A stretch of DNA of 64,000 nucleotides from a bacterium (GTDB lineage Bacteria; Bacillota; Clostridia; Lachnospirales; Lachnospiraceae). Positions 19,519 to 28,999 of the stretch are shown one piece after another. The stretch spans positions 8,062 through 72,061 of the forward strand of contig CAVJHG010000006.1 in NCBI GenBank assembly GCA_963649335.1. Reading direction: 5' to 3'. The notes under the pieces were generated by a model. It saw only the letters and a program-made list of their open reading frames with translations, was not told where the DNA came from and did not search any database. Made by a program: the position numbers and the translations under genes. Position 1 is the first letter of the stretch. Every line of letters starts with the position of its first letter.

Positions 19519-20865
19519 ATGGATTTTAATGCTTTTCTCACTCCTGAGGTATTTCAGGATACCCCTAGACTCTTTACTGCCATAGCCGAATGGCTGGCAG
19601 TTTTTTTATATACTATTATGTACAAAAAAAGGCTCTCAGGCGGCAAATATATCAGTGCACTTATTGGCACCTTTTTATTACAAGGCATATTTCAATACTT
19701 TGCCGGAATACTTCCTATCTACTTTTGGATTCCTACTATGATAGGAGCCGTTGCCCTGATGTATGTCTATCTTTTTGCCATACTAGATATTACCCCCATG
19801 GACTGTGGAGTTCTTACTACCCACGCCTTCGTCTTAGCGGAGTTTGCCGCTTCATTATACAGACAGATATACTGCTGGCTGATAGAGAATTTTTCAATGA
19901 GTGATTGCCTTCTTACCTCATCCATAACCATGGTACTGGTATATACCCTCACATACGTTTTTTATTACTCCTACGAAAAGGAAAACATACCCTCTGACAG
20001 AGATCTCCTTATCACTCCAAAGGAGCTTTTTAGCGTAGTGCTGACTGGTCTGGGAGCCTTTATTGTATCCAATCTTTCCTTTGTCTCAATCTCCAGTCCA
20101 TTTTCTGTCACCGACTCCATCCTTACAGTTCGAACCCTTGTGGATTTCGGAGGCCTCTTAATGCTAATGACTGAAATGGGCCGCCGCAATGAGCTCCACA
20201 TAAAAAACGAAAAGGACTCCATAGACCAGCTTTTTCATAGGCAATACGAACAATACAAGCTTGCCATAGATAACTCCGAGGCCCTGCGAAAAGAAATGCA
20301 CGACATGAAGCATTATGTAGCTGCATTAAAAAATGAGAATGACCCAGACAAACGCGCTGAGCTTATGGAGGGAATGGAGCAGGCCATAGCCATACAGGAA
20401 TCCTTCATGAATACCGGTAACCAGGTACTTGATGTAATCCTTACCACCAAGTCATTGCAATGCCAGAAGCAGGGCATCACCTTGAGTGCCATGATAGATG
20501 GAGATATGCTATCCGACATATATGTAAAGGATATCTGCTCACTTTTTGGCAACCTTTTAGACAATGCCATTGAAGCAACCCAGCAGATAGAAAACAAAGA
20601 TAAGCGTCTCATCAATCTGTCTGTTCGAGGCCGCAACAACTTCATTATTGTAGAATGTGAAAATTGCTGCGAGGGCCTGGACATAAGCCATATAGGCAAG
20701 GAAAAGCGCCATGTACTGCCCCGGACCACCAAGACTGACAAGATTCATCATGGCTACGGCCTCAAATCCATTGCCAAGGTAGCGGAAAAATATGGCGGCG
20801 GTATCCATGTCACTACCGAAAACGAATGGTTTAAGGTAAAGGTAATTATGGCATATAACAAATAG
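19519..20865 (+). CDS. AgrC/VirS-like GHKL sensor histidine kinase
   Basis: About seven TMs, HDMKH H-box, FGNLLDNAIEA N-box, HGYGLKSI G-box. Confidence 0.92.
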   Translation: MDFNAFLTPEVFQDTPRLFTAIAEWLAVFLYTIMYKKRLSGGKYISALIGTFLLQGIFQYFAGILPIYFWIPTMIGAVALMYVYLFAILDITPMDCGVLTTHAFVLAEFAASLYRQIYCWLIENFSMSDCLLTSSITMVLVYTLTYVFYYSYEKENIPSDRDLLITPKELFSVVLTGLGAFIVSNLSFVSISSPFSVTDSILTVRTLVDFGGLLMLMTEMGRRNELHIKNEKDSIDQLFHRQYEQYKLAIDNSEALRKEMHDMKHYVAALKNENDPDKRAELMEGMEQAIAIQESFMNTGNQVLDVILTTKSLQCQKQGITLSAMIDGDMLSDIYVKDICSLFGNLLDNAIEATQQIENKDKRLINLSVRGRNNFIIVECENCCEGLDISHIGKEKRHVLPRTTKTDKIHHGYGLKSIAKVAEKYGGGIHVTTENEWFKVKVIMAYNK

Positions 20866-20878
20866 CCAGGAAAAGCAA

Positions 20879-20914
20879 AAAGCCATAGACTCTAAAATAA
20901 GAGTCTATGGCTTT
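20879..20914. terminator. Bidirectional intrinsic terminator (kinase / prfA)
   Basis: aaagccatagactct / agagtctatggcttt with A- and T-tracts on both sides. Confidence 0.85.
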
Positions 20915-20967
20915 GTTTTTTGCACTAGTTTATTCCATTAACCCGCCCCAAAAGCTTGCTGAATACT

Positions 20968-22041
20968 TTACTGCTCATTCATCTTTGCAAGACGGGCTGC
21001 CTGGTCAGCAGCTATAAGGGCATCCAAAATCTCCTGAATATCTCCATTCATTATCTTGTCAAGCTTGTAAAGAGTCAGGTTAATACGGTGGTCTGTTACA
21101 CGTCCCTGTGGGAAGTTGTAGGTACGAATCTTCTCAGCTCTGTCACCTGTACCTATCTGTGAACGGCGCTCTGCTGCCTCAGCATCCTGCTGCTTTTGCA
21201 GCTCTAAATCATAGAGCTTGGCTCTAAGTAAAGCAAATGCCTTTTCTTTATTTTGCAGCTGCGACTTTTCTGTCTGACTGTAGATAACAATGCCTGTCGG
21301 ATAGTGGGTAAGACGTACTGCAGAATCAGTAGTATTGACACACTGACCACCATTACCTGAGGCACGCATTACATCAATACGAATATCCTTTTCATCTATC
21401 TGTACATCTACTTCCTCAGCCTCTGGCATAACTGCAACAGAGATGGTAGAGGTCTGGATGCGGCCCTGGGACTCTGTCTCTGGCACACGCTGTACTCTAT
21501 GTACACCAGACTCATACTTGAGGATAGAATATGCTCCGGTACCCTTTACCATAAATTCGATATTTTTCATACCGCCTATGCCTGTCTCATCAGCCTCAAG
21601 GAGCTCTACCTTCCAGCCGCGAGCCTCAACATAGTGGACATACATACGATAAATCTCAGCTGCAAAAAGCGCTGCCTCTTCTCCACCGGCGCCTGCTCTG
21701 ATTTCTACAATAACATTTTTGTCATCATTAGGGTCCTTTGGAAGAAGTAAAATCTTGAGCTGCTGCTCCAGCTCTTCAACTGCTGCCTTAGATTCATTTA
21801 ACTCCTCCTTGGCAAGCTCTTTCATCTCTTCATCAGACTCCTCATCAAGAAGAGCAAGAGAATCCTCTATATTCTGCTTGTGCTGCTTGTAAGACTTGTA
21901 TGCCTCTACTATAGGTGCCAGGTCAGACTGCTCCTTCATAAGCTCTCTAAAACGCTTATTGTCATTTGCCACATCTGGCTCAGAAAGAAGGTTCATAACC
22001 TCCTCATATCTAAGAACTAAATTTTCTAATCTATCAAACAT
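20968..22041 (-). CDS. prfA: Peptide chain release factor 1
   Basis: [12 protein letters not shown] (PxT), GNGGQ motif; start ATG 22041 with GGAGG. Confidence 0.97.
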   Translation of the reverse strand: MFDRLENLVLRYEEVMNLLSEPDVANDNKRFRELMKEQSDLAPIVEAYKSYKQHKQNIEDSLALLDEESDEEMKELAKEELNESKAAVEELEQQLKILLLPKDPNDDKNVIVEIRAGAGGEEAALFAAEIYRMYVHYVEARGWKVELLEADETGIGGMKNIEFMVKGTGAYSILKYESGVHRVQRVPETESQGRIQTSTISVAVMPEAEEVDVQIDEKDIRIDVMRASGNGGQCVNTTDSAVRLTHYPTGIVIYSQTEKSQLQNKEKAFALLRAKLYDLELQKQQDAEAAERRSQIGTGDRAEKIRTYNFPQGRVTDHRINLTLYKLDKIMNGDIQEILDALIAADQAARLAKMNEQ

Positions 22042-22090
22042 AATAACCTCCATAAGTAATGAAATATCTGCTTCTTATTCTCTGTTGCAG

Positions 22091-22921
22091 CTAGAGATGT
22101 CCCTTCACTACTCTGTCGTTTTTAGACAAATCCTTTACTATCTCTACTTCCTTAAAGCCAGCTGCTTCAAAAAGCTCCAGCACAGCCTGGCCCTGATCAT
22201 AACCTATCTCAACCAAAAGCCAGCCGCCCTCGTTAAGATAGTCAGGTGCTTCTGCGCATATTTTTCTATAAAAATACAGGCCGTCAGCTGTGCCATCCAA
22301 AGCAAGTCGTGGCTCGTGATCCTTAACCTCCGGCTCCAGGTCTTCTATGACCTGAGATGGAATGTACGGTGGATTTGACACTATTGCATTGAACCTGCCA
22401 TGTATAGGCTCAAATAAGTCACCTTTATAAAAGACAGCCTTGTCACCTACCAGACGCTGACCATTTTCCTTGGCTACGTCCCTGGCCTCTGGAGATATAT
22501 CTACTCCTATGCCAGACAAGCCCTGACCTAGGGCCACAAGGGATATAAGAACACATCCAGAGCCTGTACACAAATCCAGTACATGACTGCCAGATGGAAT
22601 AAGCTCAAGGGCCTGCTCTACCAAGACCTCTGTATCCTGACGAGGGATAAGAACATGGTCATTGACCCAAAACTTAAGGCCCATAAAATCCTGCTCACCA
22701 ACAATGTATTGCAAGGGTTCATGCTGGGCCCTGCGATACAAAAGCTCCTGATACTTATATAAGGCCAAGTCTTCTATAGGTGATGTGGCCTCCATAATAT
22801 AAGAGGCCCTGGACATACCTGTCACATATGATAGCAAATACCAGGCATCCAGCTTGGCATCAGCTATATTTTCTGACTCCAGTAAGGAAACTCCCTTACT
22901 CAGCGCCTCCTGATGTGTCAT
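22091..22921 (-). CDS. prmC: Release factor glutamine methyltransferase
   Basis: LIPRQDTE, LDLCTGSG, SNPPY; adjacent to prfA. Confidence 0.96.
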   Translation of the reverse strand: MTHQEALSKGVSLLESENIADAKLDAWYLLSYVTGMSRASYIMEATSPIEDLALYKYQELLYRRAQHEPLQYIVGEQDFMGLKFWVNDHVLIPRQDTEVLVEQALELIPSGSHVLDLCTGSGCVLISLVALGQGLSGIGVDISPEARDVAKENGQRLVGDKAVFYKGDLFEPIHGRFNAIVSNPPYIPSQVIEDLEPEVKDHEPRLALDGTADGLYFYRKICAEAPDYLNEGGWLLVEIGYDQGQAVLELFEAAGFKEVEIVKDLSKNDRVVKGHL

Positions 22922-23854
22922 TTAAAAAAACTCCTTATTTTCCTCCTGGAAGGCCTTCCAGTCAAAAACCGCCTCCACTGATGCAATACCCACCTCTATC
23001 ATGGAGTCATCAGGCTCCTTGACAGTGAGATTTTGCACCCACATGCCAGGCTTTGACAATATGTCTACCAGCTTATTGTCAAAACGACCAGCAAGGCGGA
23101 TAAACTCATAGGAAATACCTGCAATAACAGGTATCAAAAGAAGCCTAGCAATAAGCTTAAGCCACATGTTGTCAAAACTGATAAACATAAATACAAAAAC
23201 TGAAATAATAAAAACAATCACAATAAAGCTGGTACCGCAGCGCTTATGCTGCTTACCAGAAGCCCTGACATTTTCTACGGTAAGTGGCAGGCCATGCTCT
23301 ATGCAGTTGATACACTTGTGCTCAGCCCCATGATACATAAAGGTGCGCTTGATATCATCCATAAATGAAATAGCCACAATATAGCCTATAAATATGACTA
23401 TACGAATTATACCCTCTATAAGAGCAAGCAAGGCCGAACTGCCAATATATTTGTCTAGTAATTGGGAAGCAAAGTAAGGCAAGGCAAAAAATATAGCAAG
23501 AGCCATGACAAATGAGAGAAAAAGTGTGCCTCCCATCTCAGCCTTTTCCTTTCGTTCTAAGCGCTTGCGCTCCTCAGCTGTAAGCTTGCTCTTGTCCACT
23601 GCCGGCTCGTCTTCATCCTCGAAATACTCTGCCGAAGCCATCAAGGTGCCCAGTCCTATAACAAGAGAATCAACAAAAGCAATAATGCCACGGATAATAG
23701 GTATGCGGTGCCATATGTCAGATATAGGCTTTCTATCAGTAACATCTACCGCAATGTCACCATCTGGCTTTCTGACCGCCACAGCATATTTGTTGCCGTT
23801 GCGCATCATAACCCCTTCCATGACCGCTTGGCCACCAATACCGGAATACTTCAT
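22922..23854 (-). CDS. DUF1385 family membrane protein
   Basis: GGQAVMEGVMMR start, YHGAEHK, RCGTSF; conserved position between rpmE and prmC. Confidence 0.88.
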   Translation of the reverse strand: MKYSGIGGQAVMEGVMMRNGNKYAVAVRKPDGDIAVDVTDRKPISDIWHRIPIIRGIIAFVDSLVIGLGTLMASAEYFEDEDEPAVDKSKLTAEERKRLERKEKAEMGGTLFLSFVMALAIFFALPYFASQLLDKYIGSSALLALIEGIIRIVIFIGYIVAISFMDDIKRTFMYHGAEHKCINCIEHGLPLTVENVRASGKQHKRCGTSFIVIVFIISVFVFMFISFDNMWLKLIARLLLIPVIAGISYEFIRLAGRFDNKLVDILSKPGMWVQNLTVKEPDDSMIEVGIASVEAVFDWKAFQEENKEFF

Positions 23855-23907
23855 AATCTATCTCCAAACGTAGCTAGGTAAGCTACCTTAATAAAAACAT
23901 ATTAAGT

Positions 23908-23936
23908 AAAAAAGGGCTGAGATAAATCTCAACCCT
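23908..23936 (-). terminator. Intrinsic terminator after rpmE
   Basis: AGGGTTGAGA-TTTA-TCTCAGCCCT plus U-tract on the minus strand. Confidence 0.75.
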
Positions 23937-23955
23937 CACAATTCAAGCACAAAAA

Positions 23956-24162
23956 CTACTTTGCGTCAAAGCCGTACTTCTTGTTGAACTTATCAATACG
24001 TCCACGTGCCTGTGTAGCCTTCTGCTGGCCAGTATAGAATGGATGGCACTTAGAGCAGATCTCTACGTGGATCTCTGACTTTGTAGAACCTGTAACGAAT
24101 GTGTTACCACAGTTGCAAGTAACGGTTGCCTGATAAACTTCTGGATGGATACCCTGTCTCAT
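23956..24162 (-). CDS. rpmE: 50S ribosomal protein L31 (Zn-binding C+ type)
   Basis: MRQGIHP...CNCG...[13 protein letters not shown] 24162 with GAGGTG RBS. Confidence 0.97.
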   Translation of the reverse strand: MRQGIHPEVYQATVTCNCGNTFVTGSTKSEIHVEICSKCHPFYTGQQKATQARGRIDKFNKKYGFDAK

Positions 24163-24200
24163 GTGAATCACCTCTCATAAAATATAATATTGTAACCTTA

Positions 24201-24246
24201 TACTGTTTAAATGCGAGGTCCTCGCACTTCATCCCGATTAACAGCA
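24201..24246 (-). ncRNA. Putative L31 ribosomal-protein leader (cis-regulatory RNA)
   Basis: Nested stems UGCUGUU/AACAGUA and UGCGAG/CUCGCA directly downstream of the predicted promoter, in the rpmE 5' UTR. Confidence 0.5.
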
Positions 24247-24251
24247 CGCCT

Positions 24252-24280
24252 AGTGTACCATAAAAGCTTGCTATATGCAA
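24252..24280 (-). promoter_or_regulatory. Sigma-A promoter of rpmE
   Basis: TTGCAT-17 bp-TACACT with TG extension. Confidence 0.65.
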
Positions 24281-24308
24281 GCATTATTAGATTTATTGGG
24301 TCAAAACT

Positions 24309-24392
24309 TTAAATAAGGTTAATTTTCAGACCAAGTGCCTGTTCTATCTTATCAAGAGTTGCTACTACATGCTCAGAATCCTGCTTTTCCAT
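24309..24392 (-). pseudogene. Possible C-terminal remnant of an XRE/HTH gene
   Basis: 27-aa frame MEKQDSEHVVATLDKIEQALGLKINLI resembles the last helices of HTH_3 proteins; no clear RBS. Confidence 0.3.
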
Positions 24393-24417
24393 AATTACCA
24401 AAAACTCTTAGAATAAA

Positions 24418-24450
24418 AATAGCTCCACATCATAATGATGCCGAGCTATT
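24418..24450 (-). terminator. Terminator of the two-gene cassette
   Basis: aatagctc/gagctatt with inner catca/tgatg pairing, followed by a U-rich tail on the minus strand. Confidence 0.6.
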
Positions 24451-24467
24451 CTTCATTAATAAATCAA

Positions 24468-24689
24468 TTACGCATTTGCAGCCAAAGACATAAGCTCCTT
24501 TTCAGATTCAGCAAAACTATATGGCGCATACTCACCATAAGCTGAAGGTCTACTTATTAATACTATCTGTACATCTTCGCTAACAGTGTTTTCAAGCTTA
24601 TTTTTTAATTGTACCAATTCCTTACCATGTTTAGTTTTTAATGCATAACAACCATGCTTATTTTTGTTTTTTACTACGACGTAACACAT
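24468..24689 (-). CDS. Small hypothetical protein (DUF6718-like), candidate antitoxin/immunity
   Basis: 73 aa, MCY...GCYALKT...ISRPSAYGEYAPY; overlaps the upstream gene by 16 nt, with GGAGG RBS inside it. Confidence 0.7.
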   Translation of the reverse strand: MCYVVVKNKNKHGCYALKTKHGKELVQLKNKLENTVSEDVQIVLISRPSAYGEYAPYSFAESEKELMSLAANA

Positions 24690-25297
24690 TTTAATACCTC
24701 CATAAAATCATCCTCATTTCGAATATTTCCTTTTTCATATGCATCTCTAAGAAGTATTCCAATTGAATCAGGATAATTCTTCTTGTAAACATTTTCGTGG
24801 AGCCAATTATTTAATTGTCTATCATATAAAGTGTTAAATTGAATTTCTATCGGATAATGAAAATTATCCTTCTGATAGTATAAATGCACTCCTCGATATC
24901 CATCGTCATGACCTTTTCCTTTTGACATATCAACGATTCTAAAAATATCAGACTCTAGCTTTAAGACTTGTGAATATGAATCACAAAAAGCTCTAAATCC
25001 TAAGATATCGTTAAAAACCTGTCGCATTTGTCTATCTGGATAATATCTATCATATTTATTACTGATAGATTCCATACTCTTGATTCTATAGTCCAAAGCG
25101 ATTCCCTCTAAGCAATCAAGCGACCATAACCAATCGGTCATAATTTTCATCTCATTAAGTACATCATTTTTATCAAAATAATGTATATTTTTCTTAAGAG
25201 ATTTTCCTAAGTTACTACGATAAGATAATTCTTCAAGCAACTCTTGCGACAATCCGTTTAGAAGTAAAATGTCACTTTGCATCGTTTGTCCTTTCAT
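24674..25297 (-). CDS. Stand-alone RelA/SpoT-like (small alarmone synthetase-type) nucleotidyltransferase
   Basis: RIKSMESISNK, NDILGFR, GYRGVHL, IEIQFNT and WLHENVYK map onto Syn1-4 and the HxxxYK motif; AAGGAGG RBS. Confidence 0.7.
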   Translation of the reverse strand: MKGQTMQSDILLLNGLSQELLEELSYRSNLGKSLKKNIHYFDKNDVLNEMKIMTDWLWSLDCLEGIALDYRIKSMESISNKYDRYYPDRQMRQVFNDILGFRAFCDSYSQVLKLESDIFRIVDMSKGKGHDDGYRGVHLYYQKDNFHYPIEIQFNTLYDRQLNNWLHENVYKKNYPDSIGILLRDAYEKGNIRNEDDFMEVLKCVTS

Positions 25298-25540
25298 AAA
25301 TTTCCTCCTTATTGTAATAATCAGAGGAAACTTATATTAGCTTACCTCTGATTATTTTCAAAGGCCAAGCCTTATTTTATTCTCCTTTTCTTACATATTA
25401 TCTTTTTTATAAGTTAAATATGTAAAAATCAAAAAACTATTTGTTTTAGTCATTGATTATAACATCTGCGATCCTAATATTCAAATCTTAAAATCCACTC
25501 ATTTTTCAAAGTAAGTGCAGGAAAGACTCCGAGAGTACAT

Positions 25541-26053
25541 CTACATCAAAATATCCATAATAGATGCGTATACATCCTCACAGCGGGCCTTCCAATTATT
25601 GCACAGAGTCTCAGCCATGGCCTGGGTAGATACATGGAAAGTCAAATCCATGGTAGAATGGTCATCCTCGAGGATCTTAAGCTGTACAACATAGCCACCT
25701 CTGTCCGCCTTAAAGAAGGTGGCTTTGTAGGAATTTTCCTCCTTCATAGCCATTGAATTAGCTCTAAGGTAACGGCCTATATCAGCAATAAGCTCTTGGG
25801 AGAGCTTGTTGCGAAAAAGCTCTAAGGTCTTTTTACCATCCTCTGTAATGCCATAGGTGGTAGAATTGTGGGTGGATGATGACACAATAAAGCCTGCCTC
25901 TTCATCATCACTGATTGCCTGCTGGGCTGTAAAATAATCAGTCAGATTATAATCTAAGAAAAAATCACTTATCTGACTATTGCTTAGTGGAAAACCACTT
26001 TTCCCAAGTAGCTCTAAAATAGTAATCTTGTATATCATGGTTGGTTCTGCCAT
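25541..26053 (-). CDS. DUF4364 family winged-helix protein
   Basis: YKITILELL...PLSNSQISDFF...DYFTAQQ...YGITEDGKKTLELF pattern. Confidence 0.75.
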   Translation of the reverse strand: MAEPTMIYKITILELLGKSGFPLSNSQISDFFLDYNLTDYFTAQQAISDDEEAGFIVSSSTHNSTTYGITEDGKKTLELFRNKLSQELIADIGRYLRANSMAMKEENSYKATFFKADRGGYVVQLKILEDDHSTMDLTFHVSTQAMAETLCNNWKARCEDVYASIMDILM

Positions 26054-26164
26054 GGTTTTCCTCCTGTCATATTTAATTTATGTAACATAGAAAATCCCCT
26101 GTAAGAGCGTATCAAATACTTCAAATACAAGGGATGTTTTTAAATATCAATAGCTGTAAATAAG

Positions 26165-27316
26165 CTATACGTGGGCCTTAATGGCATTGGATACCACTAC
26201 TGCCACTCTTGGATCAAAGGCCTCCGGCAAAATAAAGTCATCAGAAAGCATGTCATCTGACACAAGGGATGCTATGGCCTCTGCGGCTGCCAGCTTCATC
26301 TCCTCGGTGATTGCTGTAGCTTTGGCTTCTAAGGCCCCCTTGAAAATACCAGGGAATGCTACTACATTATTTACCTGGTTAGGGAAATCAGAACGCCCTG
26401 TACCCACTACTCTGGCTCCTGCGGCCTTGGCTACATCTGGCATAATCTCAGGTGTTGGATTAGCCATGGCAAAAAGAATAGCGTCTGGTGCCATGGAAGC
26501 CACCATCTCAGGTGATACAATGCCTGGAGCTGAAACACCAACAAATATATCTGCTCCCTTAAGTGCATCAGCCAAAGAGCCTGTAGCATGGCTCAAATTG
26601 GTTACCTTCGTCATCTCCTGCTGCATCCAGTTAAGGTTAGGATAGGTGGGACCAATTATTCCCTCCCTATCACACATGGTGATGTCAGGGAAACCATAGC
26701 GAAGCAAAAGCTTTGTAATAGCTACACCGGCAGAGCCAGCTCCATTAACAACAACCTTGCAATTTTCCTTTTTCTTACCTACTACCTTGAGGGCATTCAT
26801 AATACCGGCCAGCACAACAATAGCTGTGCCATGCTGATCATCATGGAATACTGGAATATCCAGCTCCTTCTTCAATCGCTCCTCTACCTCAAAGCAACGA
26901 GGTGCTGAAATATCTTCCAAATTAATGCCACCAAAGGTAGGTGCAATAGCCTTAACGGCAGCTACTATCTCGTCTACATCCTGGGTGTCGAGAACTATAG
27001 GAAAAGCATTTACTCCACCGAACTCCTTAAAGAGCACACACTTGCCTTCCATAACAGGCATTGCTGCAAGTGGACCAATATTACCAAGGCCAAGAACAGC
27101 TGAGCCATCAGATACCACTGCTACAGTATTGGACTTAAGAGTATAGGTGTATGCCTCCTCTGGATTTTCTGCAATAATCCTGCATGGAGCAGCCACACCA
27201 GGAGTATAGGCTATAGACAAATCCTCCCTGTTTTTTACAGGAGCCTTGGCTGTAGTCTCTATTTTTCCGTTCCACTGTTTATGTAAAAATACTGCGGTTT
27301 CATCAATTGTTGCCAT
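26165..27316 (-). CDS. NAD(P)-dependent malic enzyme
   Basis: AYTPGVA, INLEDISAPRCF, FHDDQHGTA, NGAGSAG, GRSDFPNQVNN. Confidence 0.93.
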   Translation of the reverse strand: MATIDETAVFLHKQWNGKIETTAKAPVKNREDLSIAYTPGVAAPCRIIAENPEEAYTYTLKSNTVAVVSDGSAVLGLGNIGPLAAMPVMEGKCVLFKEFGGVNAFPIVLDTQDVDEIVAAVKAIAPTFGGINLEDISAPRCFEVEERLKKELDIPVFHDDQHGTAIVVLAGIMNALKVVGKKKENCKVVVNGAGSAGVAITKLLLRYGFPDITMCDREGIIGPTYPNLNWMQQEMTKVTNLSHATGSLADALKGADIFVGVSAPGIVSPEMVASMAPDAILFAMANPTPEIMPDVAKAAGARVVGTGRSDFPNQVNNVVAFPGIFKGALEAKATAITEEMKLAAAEAIASLVSDDMLSDDFILPEAFDPRVAVVVSNAIKAHV

Positions 27317-27362
27317 GACATTCCCTCTTTTTATTTTATTGAAAGACCCGCATAAGGCCCTA

Positions 27363-28877
27363 CTACAACATTCTTTTTCTAATAACTAAATCTGCATATT
27401 CATCATTAGACTTGGTATGGGCAAACATATTTATCATATTTTCCACTGCCTCATCCTTACGCATGCCATTAATAGCCTTGCGCATAATATCCACTGCATC
27501 ACGCTCCTTTTGGGTAAGAAGCAAATCCTCACGGCGAGTACCAGAGCTTGGAATATCAATAGCAGGGAATACTCTCTTCTCCTGGAGCTTTCTGTCAAGG
27601 ACTACTTCCATATTACCAGTACCCTTGAACTCCTCAAATACCACATCATCCATCTTGGAACCAGTATCCACGAGGGCTGTTGCAAGAATAGTAAGAGAAC
27701 CACCTTCACGCATATTTCTTGCAGCACCAAAGAAACGCTTTGGCATATGAAGAGCTGCTGGATCAAGACCACCTGAAAGTGTACGGCCTGAAGGCTGTAC
27801 AGTAAGGTTGTATGCACGAGAAAGACGTGTGATAGAATCCAATAAAATCAGGACATCCTGACCATGCTCTACGAGACGCTTTGCTCTCTCTATAGCCATC
27901 TCTGATACCCGCTTATGATGCTCAGGGCTCTCATCAAATGTAGAATATACAACCTCTACGTTAGAAGAATTGCGCATGGTATCCTTCATATCTGTAACTT
28001 CCTCAGGACGCTCATCAATAAGAAGAATAATCAAATGCATCTCTGGGTGAGAATAGTTAACCGAAGTAGCTATCTCCTTAAGCAAGGTTGTCTTACCTGC
28101 CTTTGGTGGAGATACAATCATACCGCGCTGTCCCTTGCCTATTGGTGATACCAAATCAACTATACGCATAGCAACAGAGCTGTTTTGACGCTCGAGACGT
28201 ATTCTTTCATTAGGGAAAATAGGTGTTAAATCCTCGAAATTAGGACGCTTTGCAGTAGCCTCAGGTGGACAATTATTAATGCTTTCAATAAGCAAAAGAG
28301 CTGCAAACTTGTCACCAGGATTATTAAAGCGCCTCTTTCCAACTATAACGTCACCTGTCTTGAGATTGAACTTTTTAATCTGAGACTGGGAAACGTAAAC
28401 ATCATCATTGCCTGGCATGTAATTATCACTGCGGATAAAGCCATAGCCATCACCCATTACTTCCAAAATGCCCCTGGCTGGAATAAGTCCATCCATAGCC
28501 ATAAGCCCCTCTGTATCAAGAGGTGTTCTGTCTGCTGCAGCATATACCCGCTCACGACGGACTCCCTTGCCCTCAATGCTCTCACGGCTCTGACTATAAT
28601 CTCTGCTGTCACGGCTGTATTCTCTAGCTTCAGGTCGGATTCGACCCTCGCCTCTTTCCTTTGGTTCTCTGCTCTGGGCATAATGAACCTCTGTAGCCAC
28701 TTCTTCCTTTTCAGTTACAGCTACTTCTTCAGTTTTCCTTTCAGTTTCCTGCTCATCAAGTCCAAGCATGGCCTCGATTATGTCTGCCTTTTTCATACCT
28801 GACAAGCCCTTAACGCCTCTGGCCTTAGCCAAATCTCGAAGAGCAGCTGCTGATAAGCTTTCGTATTTTTCTCTCAT
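27363..28877 (-). CDS. rho: Transcription termination factor Rho with N-terminal insertion
   Basis: Rho_N, GILEV..DGYGFIR, PIGKGQR, PPKAGKT, DSITRL, FKGTGNME. Confidence 0.97.
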   Translation of the reverse strand: MREKYESLSAAALRDLAKARGVKGLSGMKKADIIEAMLGLDEQETERKTEEVAVTEKEEVATEVHYAQSREPKERGEGRIRPEAREYSRDSRDYSQSRESIEGKGVRRERVYAAADRTPLDTEGLMAMDGLIPARGILEVMGDGYGFIRSDNYMPGNDDVYVSQSQIKKFNLKTGDVIVGKRRFNNPGDKFAALLLIESINNCPPEATAKRPNFEDLTPIFPNERIRLERQNSSVAMRIVDLVSPIGKGQRGMIVSPPKAGKTTLLKEIATSVNYSHPEMHLIILLIDERPEEVTDMKDTMRNSSNVEVVYSTFDESPEHHKRVSEMAIERAKRLVEHGQDVLILLDSITRLSRAYNLTVQPSGRTLSGGLDPAALHMPKRFFGAARNMREGGSLTILATALVDTGSKMDDVVFEEFKGTGNMEVVLDRKLQEKRVFPAIDIPSSGTRREDLLLTQKERDAVDIMRKAINGMRKDEAVENMINMFAHTKSNDEYADLVIRKRML

Positions 28878-28999
28878 ACACGACTCCTAAATTCTTAAAA
28901 AATTAATGTTCCTGTTAAAATTGTTAATTAGTCAAAAAAATCTGGTGGAAAAATTATGTCGAAACGACCACGAATTTTAATGGAGTCATTATAACACAT

